Shown: one piece after another, positions 40,251 through 50,797 of the stretch
Position numbering within the stretch: the stretch's first letter is position 1
Layout of the letters: every line of letters begins with the position of its first letter
Source: Leucoraja erinacea
Taxonomy: Eukaryota
Length of the DNA: 64,000 nt
Direction of reading: 5' to 3'
Assembly: GCF_028641065.1 (NCBI RefSeq)
Contig: NC_073401.1
Location: 25,420,001-25,484,000 of the forward strand
Position numbers and translations under genes: made by a program
Notes under the pieces: generated by a model
The model's database searches: none
What the model saw: the letters and a program-made list of their open reading frames with translations, nothing else
Told to the model about the DNA's origin: nothing

Positions 40251-40769
40251 TCAGCGTTTCTTTGGAACAGCTTCTACCTTGACCCAGTCTTTGTTCACCT
40301 TCACTGTGTTACAAACTATTTTCTCAAATACATCATACAGGATAGGCTTGGTCGCTTGTGTGAACTCAAACCAATTAGTGATTTCATCGCCTTTGCAGTG
40401 GTATTCTGATAGGTCTTTCATCACGTTAGCTTCAATGCACTCAGCTAAATCCTTCAACTTGAAGAAGGCTCCTCGCTTATTCTTTATGAGTCTGAGTTTC
40501 ATAATGCATTTGAAGATGAGTTTCCGCGGATTTCCGGCCTGGATTTTAGCGTGTTGCAACTGCGGGCAGAGCGTGTGGCCAACTCTATAAAAGGACGACT
40601 GTGCCTCCCCCATGATGTACATGTAAATGGTCGCTCCGTTCTGTTCCAGGAACTCCTCCTCGTCTAACTCGAGTGACGACGACGTGACATCGCGGATGAG
40701 ACGACTCTCCCCGTCACTGAAGTCAAACTCGTCAAAGTCACTGAAGTTGTCACTGACGTTGTTGCCCAT
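40251..40769 (-). CDS. 172-aa protein: MGxxxS N-terminus, acidic linker, T5orf172/MUG113-like (GIY-YIG superfamily) domain
   Basis: Intact non-repetitive ORF; strong Kozak ACGATGG; in-frame TAA at 40782-40784 upstream; splice acceptor cttttcttttcctcgctag at 40821-40822. Pattern YMYIM-x6-FYRVGHT-x-P...IQAGNPRKL...IEANVMKDLSEYH-x-KG...NWFEF resembles the family pattern YxI...YKIGxTxxPxxRxxxLQTGNPxxL...E...L..Y...GEWF. Confidence 0.75.
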   Translation of the reverse strand: MGNNVSDNFSDFDEFDFSDGESRLIRDVTSSSLELDEEEFLEQNGATIYMYIMGEAQSSFYRVGHTLCPQLQHAKIQAGNPRKLIFKCIMKLRLIKNKRGAFFKLKDLAECIEANVMKDLSEYHCKGDEITNWFEFTQATKPILYDVFEKIVCNTVKVNKDWVKVEAVPKKR

Positions 40770-41879
40770 CGTCAACCCAATTTACTTCCCTTGGCGTTGA
40801 CTCCAATTCAGCACTTGAATCTAGCGAGGAAAAGAAAAGTTCTTTAATTCATGTTCACTTGCTGTTTCACATCAGTTACCCATTCTGAACATGCCCTTTA
40901 TCTCTTTATCCCGCGGTCAAAGAAACCTTGCTCAAAAGAACACAAAGTGCTGAAGTTACTTAGCGGGACAGACAGCATCTGAGTTGAGTTTAGTTTATTG
41001 TCACGTGTACAATGAGGTACAGTGAAAATCTTCTGTTGCATGCTAACCAGTGAGCGGAAAGACAATACATAATTACAATTGAGCCATCCACAGTGGACAG
41101 ATGCATGATAAAGAGAATAACATGAATAACGTCTAGTGCAAGATAGTCCAGTAAAGTCCGATCAAAGATAGCCCAAGGGTCTTCAATGATATAGATAGTA
41201 GCTCAGGACCGCTCTCTAGTTGTTTGCCGGATGGTTCATTGCCTGATAGCTGGGAAGAAACTGTCCCTGAATCGGGAGGTGTGCTTTTTCACACTTCTAT
41301 ACCTTTTGCCTGATGGGAGAGGGGAGAAGAGGGTGTGGTTGGGATACGACTCGAAAACATGGATTGGTGACGTTTCTGGTCGGGACCTTTCTTCACACTG
41401 ATTACGCGGGGGATGGAAGAAAGCTGAAAGAAAGAGGCAGGCCAAAGCATGACAGGTATTAGTTCAATGCAGGTGAGTGGGGTTTTGAAAGGCAAGTGGT
41501 TGAACCAAAGGCCAAGTATCAAAGAGGAAGGTGTGAGACAGGATTGAAGTGAAGCCAGAGGAAGGAATGTTGGGGGAGGGGAGAAGAAATAGGTGGTGGT
41601 CCAGGTGGAGCTGAAGGGAGAGGAGAAAGGGGGGGATGTAGGGGAGAAAGAGAAAGGTGTTGTGGAGGGGGGCATTGAGTCAAACCTTGCTCAAAGTTGA
41701 ATGGATTCACTCAAGTGCTGTAATTGAATTGATTTCAGTAATCATTCTGTTAAAGTAGTTTAACATCAAGCAAGACGGCATACTAGAATCCTCTAACCGC
41801 TACATTTAAAATATGTTTTAATATCTGCCTCAGTGTTACTGAACTTGCACTTTGTTTTAATCTTTGGTTTGTCAAACCA

Positions 41880-42480
41880 GGGCAGGATTTAGAGCCCTGG
41901 ACAGTGTTGCAGAATAGAAGGATCTGGGCGTACGGTGGGTATGGTTCCCTGAAAATGGTGAATCATGTGGACAGTGTAGTGAAGAAGATCATTGGCACAC
42001 ACTACCTTTATGGGGAAAGGTATTGAGTACAAAACATGGGGCAGCATAATGCGTCTACCCAAGTCACCGATGAGACCACACTTCAAGTTAGAATGGGTGA
42101 AGAATGGATTCACCAGGATGTTACCTGGACTTTTAGGCTTGAGTTAAAGGAAGAGGTAGGGTAGGCTGAGGGGTGACTTTGTTGAGGTCTGCAGGATCAT
42201 GATGGACAAGGATAAAGTGAACGTTCATAACCTTTTCCCCAGGGTAGAGGATTCTATAACTAGAGGGCGTAGGCATAAGTTGAGATGGGAGAGATTTAAG
42301 AAGGAACTCAGGGACAACCTTTTCTCTCAGGGTAGTCGGAATCTGGAATAAACTGCCTGGGGAAGCTACGGAAATGGATACAATTACGATTAAAAGAAAG
42401 ACATTTGGATTGATAAAGGAATAGGAAGGGCTCAGAGGGCTATGGACAAATGGGACTAGCCCAGTATGCCAACTCAGTCG
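41880..42480 (+). mobile_element. Degenerate CR1 LINE fragment
   Basis: Decayed CR1 ORF2 C-terminal nucleotide motifs (aggctgaggggtgac, actagagggc...gagatttaag). Confidence 0.7.
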
Positions 42481-42494
42481 GTACATTAACTCAA

Positions 42495-42737
42495 TCCCCG
42501 CACATTAACACTATCCTACACACTCTTGGGACAATTTTACATTGATACCAAGCCAATTCACCCGCAAACCTGTACGTCTTTGGAGTGTGGGAGGAAACCG
42601 AAGATCTTGGAGAAAACCACATGTAGTCACGGGGAGAACGTACAAACTCCATAAGGACAAGCACCCGTAGTCGGGATCAAACCCAGGTCTCTGGCGCTGT
42701 AAGACAGCAACTCTACCGCTGCCCCACCGTGCCACCC
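42495..42737 (-). mobile_element. HE1/V-SINE copy
   Basis: Reverse-complement head and V-domain. Confidence 0.8.
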
Positions 42738-45700
42738 TTAGAATGGTTTGAGCAAGGGAGCTGGAATAGACATGGCCTTCTTCTAAGAGATGACAATATT
42801 GTTTATGTCGAAGATAGGCGCAAAAAGCTTGAGTAACTCAGCGGGACAGGCAGCATCTCTGGAGAGAAGGAATGGGTGATGTTTCGGGTCGAGATCAACT
42901 CCTACAATGTCGCCGCTCCTGAGCACTTCCTCAACAAGGCTGGAAGAACATGAAATAGCAGATTACTGCAACCATGCAGGCAATTTGGCCATAATTGTGC
43001 AGCTGAACCAGTCTTCCTGGTCCCCCCCAATCATGAGATTCAAGGGTCAAGAGAGTTTAATTGTCATATGTCCTAGGAATGGAACAATTACATTCTTAGT
43101 TGCTGCAGTTTTACAGCCACATTAATGCAAGTCAGGGGTGAGCGTAATGCCTTGACCAAAGAGGATATATTGTTGACTAAGCTTCAAGGTTTCTGCTGTA
43201 ACCACAGATCCCTTTCTGATTGTAGCTTAAGCCCATGGATGAACTTGCCTGGAGATCTAAACTAAAAACAGAAAATGCAGGGAATATACTCAGCTGGTCA
43301 GGCAGCATCTGTAGCAAGAGGAACAAACTTAACATATCAGATCAAAGTGATGAAGACCGAATGAAGTTCTGACTTTGCCAAGTCCTTCAAAGGAACATCG
43401 ACTTCTAACATCGGCTCTGTTTCCTTTTCCTTAGGTGCTTCCTGACCTGTTGAGTTTTTCTAGCAGAGTCTATTTTTATTGAAGACGTTCGGCATCAACG
43501 GCCTTTTAATTTTTCATTGGGGGGGATCTAGGTGTAGTAGAGGTATCTCCAATGAATTCAGTGTAGATCATGCATCCATTGGAACTGTTCATCTGTGTCC
43601 TTCCTCGCATGGGTGAAAGGCTCAGTGTAGCCTGAAAAACACCTGCCGATGTACTGAGATGCCCAAAGCAAGAATGCGTACCTTAGTATGAACCAAAACT
43701 TTGACTAAAAGATTGACTAAAATTCCTATCCTGAACTGCTAAGGTACCATTGTCAGAGCTGAGCCCATCATACAAATTTAAAAAAGACCCAGTATGCTGG
43801 AGTAACTCAGCAGGTCAGGCAGCATCTCCGGAGAACATAAATGAGTGACATTTCAGGACAGGACCCTTCTTCAGACTGATTGGAGTAAGGGGGGGGGGGG
43901 GGGGGGGGGGGGGACGCTGGAGGGTGGGGGGGGCAAGACAAAGCCAGGCGAGTGATGATAGGAACATACAGATGAGAGGAGTTTGATTTGTAGATAGTTG
44001 GACAAAGGACAGAATTGTAAAGCCAAACGGCTGTGAGAAAAGAGAGAAGAGGCTTGACATGTGAAGCCAGAGGAAGGGACATAACTGGTAGGGGGCAGGG
44101 GAAGGTAGAGGGAATGGGACTGTGGGAGAAATGGGTATGTATCCATGTGGAGCACAGTGAAGAGAGGGGATAAAAGGAGTGGGGGGGTTGGTGGTTAGTT
44201 AACTAAAATAGGAGAATTCAAACCAAAATGTCACCTATTCATGTCCTCCAGAGAAGCCTTGTGACCCGCTGACTTACTCCAGCACGTTGTGTCTTTTTTT
44301 GTAAACCAACGTCTGCAGTCCCTTGTGTCTATCATACAGACTGTAAACATGAGCGGAAATCCTGAAGTATTTGTGCAAGATTTTCCTCCAGCACTTTGTT
44401 TTTTTGGTGAATCTTTTCCAGCATCTGCAGTGCCTTGGGTCTCTAAAAAAGTTTTGAGTTGTGCTTTCCTGATTATTCCGGTTATCACAAAGGGGAAAAC
44501 CAACCAACGGCTAAAATCTCCATTACCCCAACAGAGAAAGATTTTTTTTGATGCACCACCAAATTTCCTGTTTGATAGCACTCGCAATACTCCAAAAATA
44601 CATTACAGATCAAACATTGACTGCTTTTCCACAGAAACATCCATTCCTTTGCCCTCCTGCCTTTTCTCCTGGACCCCACAATCCATGGGACCGTCATCTC
44701 CTTCAGATACAGCATCTGGATTTCTTGACCTCGTATTTCACTGAGGTAGGTTACAACCTAATGCGTATGAACATCGAATTATCCAATTCTTGGTAACTAA
44801 TCTACAAACAACACCCCCCTCCCCCACACTTCTTTTCACCCTCTTTTCCCTGTGTCCCACTGGACTCGTACCCTTTTCTCCCCTTCCTCAACCTGACCTG
44901 CTGAGTTACTACACCATTTTGTGTGGTTTTTTCTTGGTCTTCACATATTTTATCTCAAAGAAGGGAATGATTCATTTTGCCCCAGCTATTCCAGGCTTGT
45001 CTGTCCCCTCTTTTTTTTACCCCCTTAAATTTGCACTCTGAAGCAGATCAGAATTTGTTTTTGATCCAGTGAAGCCTGCTAAAACTCCCCGAGGACCTGC
45101 TTCCTCATTCCTGTTTATCCCTGCAAATGGCTTGTGGATGAATGACGTCTCATGAGACTCTGAGATGTTTGGGCCCATTTTTATCGCTGTAACTCACCTG
45201 CTCCAACTCTCTACCTAAATATAAGCTTATTCTACTGCTGCGCCACCCAAAATGAGTTGTAGGTGTTTAGTTTAGTTACACAGCATGGAAGCAGGCCCTT
45301 CGGCCCATCAAGTCCACGTCGACCATCTATCACCCATTCACTCTAGTTTGATGTTAGCCCACCTTCTCATCCACTTCCTACACACTTGGGGGCAAGTCAC
45401 AGAGGCCGATTAACTTACAAACACACACGTCTTTGGGATGTGGGAGGAAACTGGAGCACGTGGACGAAACGTACGCGGTCACGGGGAGAATTTTCAAACT
45501 CAACACAGCCAAATCCCAAGGTCAGAATCGTACCCGGGTTTCTGGCGCTATTAGGCAGCAGGTCTACCAGCTATACCATCGTGCCACCCTGTGTTATAGC
45601 TCTCCATGATTTACGATCAAATCAAAAATATTAATGAAGAAAAGGGCATTCAACAGTTGAATTTAGCATCCATTATGAAGGCACAAAAACAGCCACTGTC

Positions 45701-46794
45701 CAAAAATTCTTCTGACATTCTCAGAGGCTCTGCATACATTCATTTGCATCGTATCGTAGTGTTCACAGAAATATCATTATACCTGGCACCCTTGCCACTA
45801 ATGTAGCCCCATGGCATCATCTCTACCACACCTTGCCCCCTCAATGTCCACCAGCGGAGGAACCCTATGCTGTGGTCCTGTGGTCCTCCCCTACTGAGCC
45901 TTGGCGTTGGCTGCAACAAGCTTCAGTGCGTCCCTCAGCGAGTACTCCTGCAGTCTGGAGCGGGCCAGTTGGCAACAAAAACACTAAACATACTCACTCC
46001 AACTGTCGGACACACCTGTCCAGGTGAGAAGGGGGGGGGGTCTGCAGAAACCTATCACATTCACTTTTCATACAGGCTGAGAGATGTAGATGAATCCTCT
46101 TCTTCGCTGTCTCTGCTCTCAGTCCTGCTCCTCAAGCTTTCTCCCAGGTGAATAGTCCTCTCTCCGACTTTCATTTATTCCTCTCCTGGCCTCTCCACCA
46201 GCATTGCGGTCTCACCTTAGCTCCGTTAAACGCTCCCCCTCCACTCACCACCTTTCCTGCGATGTCTGAGCAACCCATGCCTAATTAGCTGACTATCAAC
46301 TATTTTTATCATCCAATCAAATCCAAGCTGTGCATGGATTTCAGTCGAAGTCCTCCGAGACTGTGTGGCATTTGGTGAAGCAGAACAATCTATTATGGAT
46401 TTCAACTGGTTAACAACCAAAAATATTTTGTTTAGTTCAACGTTCAAATACTGATTGCCAATGTGCCCCTTCAAGACACCCAGGTCATGTGCACAGTAGC
46501 ATCATGGTGTTGATTGAGTTAGTATAACTGTATACATTTCCTATAGAAAATAGATACAGGAGTAGGCCATTCAGCCCTTTGAGCCAGCACCGCCATTCAA
46601 TATGATGATGGCTGATCATCCAAACCAGTACCCATTTCCTGCTTTTTCCCCATACCTCTTGATTCTGTTAGCCCTAAGAGCTAAATCTAACTCTCTCTTG
46701 AAAACATCCAGTGAACTGGCCTCCACTGCCTTCTGTGGTAGAGAATTGGCAGGTTTGCAATAAGGACGACCATATAGTGAAAGGGACTTGATGG

Positions 46795-47090
46795 ACTTTA
46801 GACACACAGTGTGGAAACAGGCCCTTCACCCCACCAAGTCCGCACCGACCACCGATCACCCTGTACACTAGCACTATCCTACATACTAGGGACTATTTAC
46901 AATTTTTACCGAAGCTAATTAATCTACAAACCTGTACGTCTTTGGAGTGTGGGAGGAAACCGGAGCACCCGGAGGAAACCCATGCAATCACAGGGAGAAC
47001 GTGCAAACTCCGTACAGACAGCACCCATAGTCGGGATTGAACCCGGGTCTCTGGCATTGTAAGTCAGCAGCTCTACCACAGTGCTGCCCC
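46795..47090 (-). mobile_element. HE1/V-SINE copy
   Basis: Reverse-complement near full-length body. Confidence 0.8.
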
Positions 47091-48129
47091 GCATTGGGCA
47101 TTGAGGTTGTTATTTTGTGTGTTGTATTGGTTCTGTATTGCCCCCAGGGTTTCTGTTCCGATGGGATAAACAAGGGATCAACATCTGAGTAGCACCTGCT
47201 CCATGCTCTGCTCCCACCGCAATATGAAATATTTTCAGTTCTGTAACTGATGTAATTTTGTTGTATCTCTTTACTTCAATTTTTAGTGTTTAGAGATACA
47301 GCCTGGAAACAGGCCCTTCGGCCCACCACATCTAACTACGATAACCCACACACTACTTCTATATTATCCCACTTTCGCATCCACTCCCTACACACTGGGG
47401 GCAATTTACAGAAGTCAATTAACCTAAGAACCTGCACATCTTTGAGGTGTGGAAGGAAACTGGCGTACCTGGAGAAAATGCACACAGAGAACGAACAAAC
47501 TCCACAGAGACAGCACCAGTAGCCAGGATCAAACCCGGATCTCAGGCACTGTGAGGCAGCAGTTCTACCACTGTGCCGCTGCATTCATGAATTTTGTTTT
47601 CCTCTTTAAATTTCACGCTTTTGAATTTATCTCTTTGCCAGAATGTGTTCTATGTCAACAGAGTTCTGCTGGGTGTCTGAATGCTGAGTCAAATTCCATG
47701 TAAAGTCATAGAGCTATACAGCATGGAAATAGGCCCTTCACTCCACCTTGTCAATGCCGACCAGGTTGGCACATCTCTTTTAAATGTTGCCCCTCTCACC
47801 TTAAACCTGTGGCCTCTAGTCTTTGACATTTCCACCCTTCGAAAAAGCTTCTGAGTACCCGGAGGAAATCCACACAGTCGCAGCGAGAATGCGCAAACTC
47901 TACACAGACAGTAGCTGAGATCAGGATCAAACCCAGGTCTCTGGCGCTGTGAGGCAACGGCTCTACCAGCTGCGCCACTGTGCCACACACTATTTCCTTT
48001 TTAGAACAATGGTGTAACATTTGCAAATTTCCAGTTAAACCATCATGCCACCAACAGAGGTTTGGAGAAGTATGACCAGGGCCTCTGCAATTACCTCATA
48101 GCAACCTCAGATATATTCCTCAGATATAT

Positions 48130-48448
48130 CTCCTCCATGGCCACAGCGAGCAGCACCGGAAATTGGAGGAACAGCACCTCATATTCCGTTTGGGGAGTCT
48201 GCACCCCGGGGGCATGAACATCGACTTCTCCCAATTCTGTTAGTCCTTGCTGTCTCCTCCCCTTCCTCAGCTCCCCTGCTGTCTCCTCCCACCCTCCAGC
48301 CTTCCGGCTACTCCTCCTTTTCCCTTTCTTGTCCCCACCCCCCCCCACCCCTGATCAGTCTGAAGAAGGGTTTCGGCCCGAAACGTTGCCTATTTCCTTC
48401 GCTCCATAGATGCTGCTGCACCCGCTGAGTTTCTCCAGCTTTCTGTGT
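48130..48448 (+). mobile_element. 5'-truncated Penelope-like element (GIY-YIG C-terminus + terminal repeat) with a 17-bp flanking duplication
   Basis: LLHGHSEQHRKLEEQHLIFRLGSLHPGGMNIDFSQFC*; aacctcagatatattcc at 48103-48119 and 48449-48465. Related decayed fragments at ~11945-12320, ~33850-34420, ~43790-44225, ~44620-44880, ~48700-49320. Confidence 0.85.
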
Positions 48449-50329
48449 AACCTCAGATATATTCCAGTTGGACCAGGTGATTTATCCATTCGATTTGCAG
48501 CTGGCCTTCTCCGCCTCTTCTTTAGGAATTATAGCCCCCCTCACCCTTAGTCTTGGTGCAAGGTCTTGACCCAAAATATCGAACATCTCTTTGACTCCAC
48601 AGAATCTGTTTGTCTTCTTTTAGTATCTTCTTCCAGGACGAAGGCGAACTCATAAAGTTTTAATTTAGCACCTCATGTCCTCAGCCCGTGGAACACCCGC
48701 GTTTTATCCGTAAAGACCACCCTGACCTCGTTGAATGCCATTTCAACTCGCCTTCCCATTTCCACGCCGACTCAGCTGTCCTCCACCCTCTCCACAGCCA
48801 GGGTGATGAAAAACTCAAACTGGAACGATAACACCTCACATTCCAACTGCTTAGTCTACAACCTATTGGCCTGAACATTTGAGTTTTCCAATTCCAGGTA
48901 ACCCACACTCCCTGTGGTCCTTCCTCCCAACCCGCACCCTCACCCATCTTCATGTCCCCCCTTCCCCTTGATTCCCTTTGTCACCCACTCATACCCACTG
49001 GGTCTCTGTCCCTCCCCCCCCCCCCCCCCCCCAACACTTCCATCTGCTAACCATCACTCCTTATCTAATTCCACATAACACCCACCTTCCTTGCCTATTA
49101 TATTCCCACATCCTCACCCTCTTGCATCTCCTTTTCAGCCTCTGCCTCTTCCTTCACTCTCCCCCTCACCCTACGCAGCTCTCAACTCTACCTATCACCC
49201 ACCAGCCACCCACTCCCAACTCCACCTTCACCCCTCTCTCCCACCTGACACCATCTGTCCATCCTATACCTCCACACCTGGTTCCGCCAATTGCTTACCT
49301 ACCCCGACCCAACATGACCCTGCAAATGGGTGAAGTAAGTGACAAAAACACGTGTTCATACAGTTATATATTTATTAATGTGGAATGCTTTAGTTGCACA
49401 GTAGATTGGATTTTGCATCAACATTACATTGCAAGGCATTTAGAACTCAAACTAACATGAAGACGGTAATTTTGAAGCAATGATTTGCAGAGTGTGTGGA
49501 AGCATTTCTCAGCATGGTGACGGTTGTTCTATGTTTTATATGTGATTTTTTTCCCTGTATGGTGAAGTATTTCACATTGGCCATAGAATAAGTGAGAAGC
49601 CAATGTGGTTTGTGAACTCGTAGGAATCAGATTCATCTGGACCACGCCGGTTTACAGCGCACACCTCTGATCCGAAGTCTGAAGAAGGGTCTCGACCCGA
49701 AATATCACCTATCCAGAGATGCTGCCTGTCCCGCTGAGTTATTCCAGCATTTTGTGTCTACAAATGGTGCGGAGTTGGATATGAAGGAATGTGTCAGATT
49801 TAAACAAACTGCATTTTTGGCCAAGCTGAGAAGGCTGGAATGTGACCAGCTGATCCAACTTGATCGGCTTTATTCATCCGAGATGATCACTCATCTGCGG
49901 CTATTTACAGTGCTGGAGACCTGAGTTTGATCCTGACTACGGGGGCTGTCTATATGAGGTTTGTACGTTCTCCACATGTCCTGCGTGGGTTTTCCCCGGG
50001 TGTTCCGGTTTCCACCCACGTTCCAAATACATAGAGGTTTGTGGGTTAATTAATTGGCTTTAGTAAACTTGTAAATTGTCCCTAGTGTGTGTAGGATGGC
50101 GTTAGCGTGCAGTGATCGTTGGTCAAAGCACTCAGTAGGCGGAAGGGCCTGCTTTCCCCCTGTATCTCGAGACTAAACCAAATGAAGCAGATAGGCAGCA
50201 GAAAGAAGCAAAGTGAACAATATCGAACATTGAACAAATCGACTCATCTCTAGTCTCTTTTAAATCAAGTATTAGAAAATAGGAATTCAAAATATAATTA
50301 AGTTTTAATCTAGTTCAGTCGAGCGCAAA

Positions 50330-50797
50330 TTAACCACCGCGCAGACGAAGCAGGAGCTGGATGGTGGACTGAGACCTGATGTTGTAATCTGAGAGCAACC
50401 GGCCATCTTCCAGTTGTTTGCTCTCAAATGTCAGGCGCTGTTGGTCGGGCGTGACCCCTTCCTGCCTTTGTACTTTTTTTTTAAACTCCCGCACGGACTC
50501 AGTAGGCAGCACGTCGTACGTGGTCGTTTTCCCCTTTTCGTTGAGGAGGAATATCTGCATGCGTTCCTCCTTCTTGATCAGCAGCATGACCGTGGAGTCA
50601 GGGGGGAGGTTGTAGTCCCTCAGTAGGCTGTTGTCCCGAAGCTCCACCTGCTGCCCGTTTTGCACCATCAGGCGCTGTTGGGAACTTGGCACCTGGGTTG
50701 CTTGGTATATTTTCTCCTTGAGAGCCGACACCTGGATGTTAGGGTCGACATCCAGTTGCAAAGATTCGCCGGTGAAATACTTCAACTGGAGTCTCAT
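50330..50797 (-). CDS. ISG15: ISG15-like di-ubiquitin protein, copy 1 (155 aa)
   Basis: Two tandem ubiquitin-like domains ending LRLRGG-stop; [15 protein letters not shown] resembles teleost ISG15; whole CDS in one exon with acceptor tttttccacag at 50810-50811; ISRE promoter upstream. Orthology to mammalian ISG15 is not established. Confidence 0.88.
   Translation of the reverse strand: MRLQLKYFTGESLQLDVDPNIQVSALKEKIYQATQVPSSQQRLMVQNGQQVELRDNSLLRDYNLPPDSTVMLLIKKEERMQIFLLNEKGKTTTYDVLPTESVREFKKKVQRQEGVTPDQQRLTFESKQLEDGRLLSDYNIRSQSTIQLLLRLRGG

Noticed and set aside
40251-40769. T5orf172-like ORF as a Penelope endonuclease remnant
   Set aside because: It lacks the Penelope signature seen elsewhere here (RKLEEQHLIFRLGxLxPxGMN), has no adjacent RT, is single-copy in the window and has host-type Kozak/splice signals.
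40770-40775. ORF-track start at TTG (174 aa)
   Set aside because: Non-ATG start; the ATG at 40769 has a strong Kozak context.
313-47988. Many 60-150 aa ORFs with SLYVLPVT / GFLPHSKDVQVCRLI / LLSRDAACPAE motifs
   Set aside because: Chance translations of HE1 SINE and Penelope terminal-repeat sequence.
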